Positions 59,419-64,000 of a stretch of DNA of 64,000 nt are shown in pieces; the first letter of the stretch is position 1; the number at the start of each line of letters is the position of its first letter. The DNA comes from Bacteroidota bacterium (GTDB lineage: Bacteria; Bacteroidota; Ignavibacteria; UBA10030). Location: the NCBI GenBank assembly GCA_050008835.1, contig JBEKLV010000001.1:5382-69381 (forward strand), written 5' to 3'. A program made the position numbers and the translations under genes. The notes under the pieces were generated by a model. That model ran no database searches and was not told the DNA's origin. It was given only the letters and a program-made list of their open reading frames with translations.

Positions 59419-60906
59419 CTATAATTCTGTTCGAATATATGTGTAGATTTTTTTTACGTCACTAATTTTTTGCAGTTGCCGTAAATCATCTTTTGTTATC
59501 CATTTCATAAGAAACATAAGTACATAGGTTAAAAGAAAGAAACAAACAGCAAATACAATAGAGGTAGTCCACGATTGATCGGTGTGAAGGTAATTCTTCA
59601 AGGTAATTCCGATTCCCGTGAGTATAAAACCGTAAAGTAAATATCTCTCATTTTTCCATACTTCGAGTTGAGGCGATATTCTCCCCGCAAAAAAACGGAA
59701 CGAATATCCCACAGCCAAAGAATTAGATGAAACTGCCAGCGCTGTACCAAGAGCTTGGTATCCAATTCCGATTCTTTTCAGGATAAACACATTTAATGCA
59801 ATAAATAAAAAGAGACTCATAGACTGGAGCCAAGCACCAAGCCTAAATTTGTTCATACCAAGAATGAAATTACCGTACGGCATATTCGTGACATAAAAAA
59901 ATGATCCTGCGACCATCACCGCTAATACAGGCCCTGACGGTACATATTGCTTCCCGAGAAATACTCTGACGATGATTTCAGAATAAATAACGACAAATAT
60001 AACGAATGGCATTATGAATATATAGGTGAACCGCTCAAAGCGATGTATGGTATCATGGATGTACTCGTGATCATTTCTCGCCACGGCTGAAGAAAACATC
60101 GGAAAAAACAACAAACCGACAGTGTTTCCGATGGTCTGCACAAAACCGCTGAGGCTGATTCCAGCAGCGTAATACCCGACTTGCCGTGCATCTGAATAAT
60201 ATTGAAGTATGACACGATCCAAATATAATACCAAATTGCTGGCAAATCCAATAATGATTATCGGGATACTAATCTTGACGTACTCCATCGCAAGCGAATG
60301 ATCATAATGCCCTCTGGGGTAATTTTTATAAAGCTGAAAATATATCACTACCAGAATAATTGCACCGAGCAGCTGTGCCCCGCTCAATCCAATAGCGCCC
60401 AATCCGACGATAACCGCTACTAATCGTAATATCTGTACAATAATTGATTGAATGAATGATGGTACATCCTGTTTCGCTTGTTCAGTGCGGCCGATAAACG
60501 TACTGATTGGTATTAAACTTATTTGAGTCAGAACAATCGACGCCAGCCAGATGAGAACTACAATGAAGTGCTCGTGTGTCTCGAATGATTTGTGCAGAAT
60601 GGCATACTGGACAAAGATAGCACACACAACAAAGAAAAAAAATACTGCGGTCAGCAGAAGTTTGATGCGTGTAAATGTCGAGATGCATGTACCTATATCT
60701 CTCCCCTCAGAAATTAATTTTACGTGCGCAGTTCCTGTTCCGAAATCCGCAATGAACTGAAACATCGATACAAACGACATTCCAAAAGCGACGATACCTA
60801 GTGCAGTCGGTCCGGCTATCCGCGCTACAAATATACCCACGATCATAGAGGTTATTTGTATGAGGATTCTGCTTGAATAATTGAGTATTAACTTCTGAGC
60901 AAGCAT
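59419..60906 (-). CDS. Wzx-like flippase / polysaccharide biosynthesis protein (MOP superfamily), second copy in locus
   Basis: 495 aa, about 14 TM helices. Confidence 0.6.
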   Translation of the reverse strand: MLAQKLILNYSSRILIQITSMIVGIFVARIAGPTALGIVAFGMSFVSMFQFIADFGTGTAHVKLISEGRDIGTCISTFTRIKLLLTAVFFFFVVCAIFVQYAILHKSFETHEHFIVVLIWLASIVLTQISLIPISTFIGRTEQAKQDVPSFIQSIIVQILRLVAVIVGLGAIGLSGAQLLGAIILVVIYFQLYKNYPRGHYDHSLAMEYVKISIPIIIIGFASNLVLYLDRVILQYYSDARQVGYYAAGISLSGFVQTIGNTVGLLFFPMFSSAVARNDHEYIHDTIHRFERFTYIFIMPFVIFVVIYSEIIVRVFLGKQYVPSGPVLAVMVAGSFFYVTNMPYGNFILGMNKFRLGAWLQSMSLFLFIALNVFILKRIGIGYQALGTALAVSSNSLAVGYSFRFFAGRISPQLEVWKNERYLLYGFILTGIGITLKNYLHTDQSWTTSIVFAVCFFLLTYVLMFLMKWITKDDLRQLQKISDVKKIYTYIRTEL

Positions 60907-60988
60907 ACGTGCCGCGAACGATTATTAAGTTTCATTGAAATATTATTTGGGGAAACATTACTATTGAATCATCGACTTGAGATATGAA

Positions 60989-61654
60989 TCATCGTTCATG
61001 TTTTGCATTATTTCTAGTACTATGTTTGTTTAATTTGATCTTCTTAATATATACCGCCGGCACACCGCCAACCATTGTATAAGAAGGAACATCTTTTGTA
61101 ACAGCACTGTTCGGTGCGATTATAGAATGATGGCCAATCGTTACTCCGGGATAAATAGTACAATTACCGCCAATATATACATTATCCTCAATAATAATCG
61201 GACTTGTTTCTCTTTTGGATTTATCGGACAGCATATCACCTGCGAGAGCCTGCCTTACACTCGTGTGAGTCCATAATCCTGTGGAAGGTCCGGCAATATG
61301 AACGTAATTTCCTATTGTTAAGTTGTCACTCCAATCCATCACGCAGTAGATACCAATGTACGAATTTTCACCTATCTGAATTTTACCGTTTCCATATCCG
61401 GTAACAACGACGCCGTACTCGATATGCGACCCCTTCCCGACTGCGACCCTGGAAAGCACGGTATTATCACCGATTGCAACATCATCCCCAAGAACAGATT
61501 CTTCAACGATTGTTGCATGATTCCCGACAACAACATTTTTGCCAATATGAACGGTTGTGTCAAACTTGATACCGGCGCCAAACCGGTTTGATTTTTTATT
61601 GTGCCATTTCATAAACATATTAATAATCAGTTGTTTGATGCGGGCTATTCTCAT
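60989..61654 (-). CDS. Hexapeptide-repeat (left-handed beta-helix) sugar acetyltransferase
   Basis: Repeating [LIV]-G-x-x-x-x hexapeptides (IGKNVVVGNHATIVEESVLGDDVAIGDNTVL...). Confidence 0.75.
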   Translation of the reverse strand: MRIARIKQLIINMFMKWHNKKSNRFGAGIKFDTTVHIGKNVVVGNHATIVEESVLGDDVAIGDNTVLSRVAVGKGSHIEYGVVVTGYGNGKIQIGENSYIGIYCVMDWSDNLTIGNYVHIAGPSTGLWTHTSVRQALAGDMLSDKSKRETSPIIIEDNVYIGGNCTIYPGVTIGHHSIIAPNSAVTKDVPSYTMVGGVPAVYIKKIKLNKHSTRNNAKHER

Positions 61655-62610
61655 AATATGAGCAATCCTTCCAGTTTATTAAACAATCGATAAGAGAATG
61701 TTTTCTCGTTAAGAAAATAATTATGAACTTCCCATCGGGAAAAATCCTTTTTAAACTCATAAATATTCGGCAGCCGCTCCTTTTCAACGGAACAGAGATC
61801 GTAGTATGAACATCCATTGCGTTTTGCATTTTGAATCGCGTGCCATTGAAGAAGTTCACCCTGGCCGAAGTTGCCGCTTTCCTTAATTCCGATACCCAGC
61901 CAATACAAGGCATAATTCTTGTCCATAGCGAGAACTAATCCCCCAAGAATAGAATTATCTTTTATGGCCCATAGAATATCAAATTTTACCTTTCTTGAAT
62001 TCAGAAACAATCGTTCAAAGAAAATATTTTCTGGCGTGCCTAATCCATATTCTATATTGGCATTTTTCAAGTAAGAATGAAAAGTACTTAGATCCTTTTT
62101 ATCGTCGATGACTATGCGAACATTGTTCTTTTCGGCTTTTCGAACCATATTACGTCGTTTCGAAGAAATATCCTCCTGCCAAATACGATCTAATTCTTTT
62201 CGCAGATCAACGATTATCGTACAATAATCATTTTTTTTAATGTTAGAATAGGTAACATGAAATTCATCAATACAAGGAAGTGTAAAGCCTGTCAATGCTT
62301 GAGCGATTGATAAATTAACGCTATGCGATGTGAAATTGTACGATCGTTTAAAAATCCAACCCCCGAACGGCAGCAGGAATTCCCGAGGACCGGTTGCATA
62401 CTGTATCGTAAATAAATTATTTTGTTTATGAACTGGGCAAATACCTATGATCTCTCCATTCTCGGAACACACCCAATAGAAAAAACCTGTCTTAAAATAT
62501 TCACTGACAACAATATTCCATTCAGGCCAATGTGTTGGTGCGGAAAAATTATCATCAAGGAATGCTTCAATAGCTTCCATTCGGCTTTCTTTATAAAATT
62601 CCACTGCCAT
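61651..62610 (-). CDS. FemAB-like / GNAT-fold transferase (second copy in locus)
   Basis: 319 aa; YWLGIGIKESGNFGQGELLQWHAIQNAKRNGCSYYDL resembles the FemAB/peptidoglycan-bridge family core. Confidence 0.45.
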   Translation of the reverse strand: MAVEFYKESRMEAIEAFLDDNFSAPTHWPEWNIVVSEYFKTGFFYWVCSENGEIIGICPVHKQNNLFTIQYATGPREFLLPFGGWIFKRSYNFTSHSVNLSIAQALTGFTLPCIDEFHVTYSNIKKNDYCTIIVDLRKELDRIWQEDISSKRRNMVRKAEKNNVRIVIDDKKDLSTFHSYLKNANIEYGLGTPENIFFERLFLNSRKVKFDILWAIKDNSILGGLVLAMDKNYALYWLGIGIKESGNFGQGELLQWHAIQNAKRNGCSYYDLCSVEKERLPNIYEFKKDFSRWEVHNYFLNEKTFSYRLFNKLEGLLIL

Positions 62611-62620
62611 GCGTGTTCGA

Positions 62621-63550
62621 TTAAATAAAGTGACGTACTGATAGGATACGATTTCTTGTTCCCCATATCAAACCGGAGAAAAATCCCTGCCATATTTTAT
62701 ATGATATCTTTGGCTGCAATCGTTTTAAGTTCACCAAAGATGCCTTGATAACAAAATCATATAGATGGTGCCACATGAACCTACGGAAAAATAACGTTGA
62801 TTTATATCGCATAATGACAATCAGAGGATTTCTCGCATCATAATACATTTTCTTTGCAGACGCTTTTCCGAGTGTTGCGCTCTCCTTATGCCAAATTTTT
62901 GCATATGGCGTATACATTATTTTGTATCCTGCAAGCTTTGCTCGTGCCTGCCAATCATATTCTTCGCACTGTAAAAAAAATGTAGTATCATATCCGCCCA
63001 ACTCGCGGTACATAGCACCTTTGACAAGCGTAAAGATATCGTCGGCAAAGATTCGTTCACAAATTTGATCATATTGTCCTTGATCGTGTTCTCCCTGACC
63101 GATGTGCGATCCGTTCCAGCGTATCGGATCTTCGCGCTTGCCCACTGTCTGAAACACGGTCGGATTATCAAAGTAAAACACCTTACCTGTCACAAAACCG
63201 ATCGTCGGGTCAGATTCTGCTACCGTTACTAATTCCGAAATGACCTTTCTATCCGCTTTGATATCATTATTGGAGACAAGGGCATATTTTGCGTTCCGTA
63301 TTTGAAATGTATATTCCAGACCTGCATTAAACCCGCCTGAATACCCCAGATTTTTCCCATTTTCAATCAGATGTACCTGCGGAAACTGAGTGCGTACATA
63401 TTCCTGACTCCCATCCACAGAGCCGTTATCAATCAAGACGATTTCAAAATTGGGATAATCATTCGCCAAGTAAGAAGAAAGCGAATCCTTTAATAAATGC
63501 TTTCCGTTATAATTAAGAAGCAAAACGCAGACTAAAGAATTATTGCTCAT
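62621..63550 (-). CDS. Glycosyltransferase family 2
   Basis: VCVLLLNYNGKHLLKDSLSS...EIVLIDNGSVDGS...GYSGGFNAG GT2 motifs. Confidence 0.8.
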   Translation of the reverse strand: MSNNSLVCVLLLNYNGKHLLKDSLSSYLANDYPNFEIVLIDNGSVDGSQEYVRTQFPQVHLIENGKNLGYSGGFNAGLEYTFQIRNAKYALVSNNDIKADRKVISELVTVAESDPTIGFVTGKVFYFDNPTVFQTVGKREDPIRWNGSHIGQGEHDQGQYDQICERIFADDIFTLVKGAMYRELGGYDTTFFLQCEEYDWQARAKLAGYKIMYTPYAKIWHKESATLGKASAKKMYYDARNPLIVIMRYKSTLFFRRFMWHHLYDFVIKASLVNLKRLQPKISYKIWQGFFSGLIWGTRNRILSVRHFI

Positions 63551-64000
63551 AAGATAAATTTCTTAGTCAGTATATATCGACAAATATACAATTTATTTTG
63601 CCTTTACTGCCCGTAGAATAATAAACTGGCCATATTTGCAATCTTCTTTCCATAGCGAGACAGACAAACCATTCTGCGATGCGGTGCTTTCCATTTTATG
63701 AAGATGTGTCTCTAACTTTTTACCTGAATTTTATTCTCATCGGCCTATAATCAATTCTTGCCACAGTTTTTTTAAATCGCTCGATTTCAACAAGAGGGCA
63801 GCTTTTGTTGCTGTATGGCGAGCCGCTGGAAACTCTTCATGCGGTAAGAGACTCGAACCACGCCACGTCATCAACAAAGGTGACCTTTAGTGTTGCATGA
63901 GCTTCACAATGAATACCGGCCGTATACCCCGAAAACTAATGAATTGAGCAAGAATATTTCTGTCTACACTTTTTCGGAGTTCAGAGAGCAACAATACATT

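Noticed and set aside
63841-63900. Minus-strand tRNA suggested by a GGTTCGAGTC T-loop-like motif
   Set aside because: The flanking bases do not form a 5-bp T-stem or an acceptor stem, and there is no CCA/discriminator context. Not reported as a tRNA.
1-64000. CRISPR arrays, rRNA, transposases or integrases
   Set aside because: No regularly spaced short repeats, no rRNA-like conserved blocks, and no DDE-transposase or tyrosine-recombinase-like ORFs were seen. The only repeat structures are the GT4 tandem duplication, the asnB 5' duplication and the 26-bp direct repeats.

Overview
The window is 64 kb at roughly 40% GC, and nearly every gene is on the minus strand. Lineage markers (GWxTD protein, DUF3108, patatin-Omp85 fusion) suggest an FCB-group bacterium, possibly Ignavibacteriota- or Bacteroidota-like; this is a guess, not a tested assignment. 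Positions 1-21 kb are housekeeping and envelope genes: rnhB, a UbiA prenyltransferase, an Omp85/BamA-family protein, a GWxTD protein, rimO, cdsA, a tightly coupled DHS-like/CPBP-protease/Zn-ribbon triplet, a DUF3108 protein and a GT9 heptosyltransferase. A plus-strand carbamoyl-phosphate operon follows (cPGS-like P-loop protein, ornithine carbamoyltransferase, carbamate kinase, aspartate carbamoyltransferase). Its last two genes carry in-frame TAG codons and frameshifts. Next come a PDZ-GAF-SpoIIE membrane phosphatase and a patatin-Omp85 (PlpD-like) protein. Positions 21.4-63.6 kb form one very large composite surface-polysaccharide locus: two DegT aminotransferases, a GT26 WecG/TagA-type enzyme, an NAD epimerase/dehydratase, at least eight GT4 genes and one GT2, two Wzx-like flippases and one Wzy-like polymerase, three CE4 deacetylases, two FemAB-like proteins, two AsnB-type amidotransferases, an ATP-grasp ligase, a D-2-hydroxyacid dehydrogenase, a radical SAM enzyme, six methyltransferases and a hexapeptide acetyltransferase. 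Two rearrangement footprints are visible in that locus. One is a tandem GT4 duplication at about 88% nucleotide identity. The other is an AT-rich methyltransferase cassette flanked by direct repeats of the asnB 5' region. No CRISPR array, rRNA, convincing tRNA or transposase was found.
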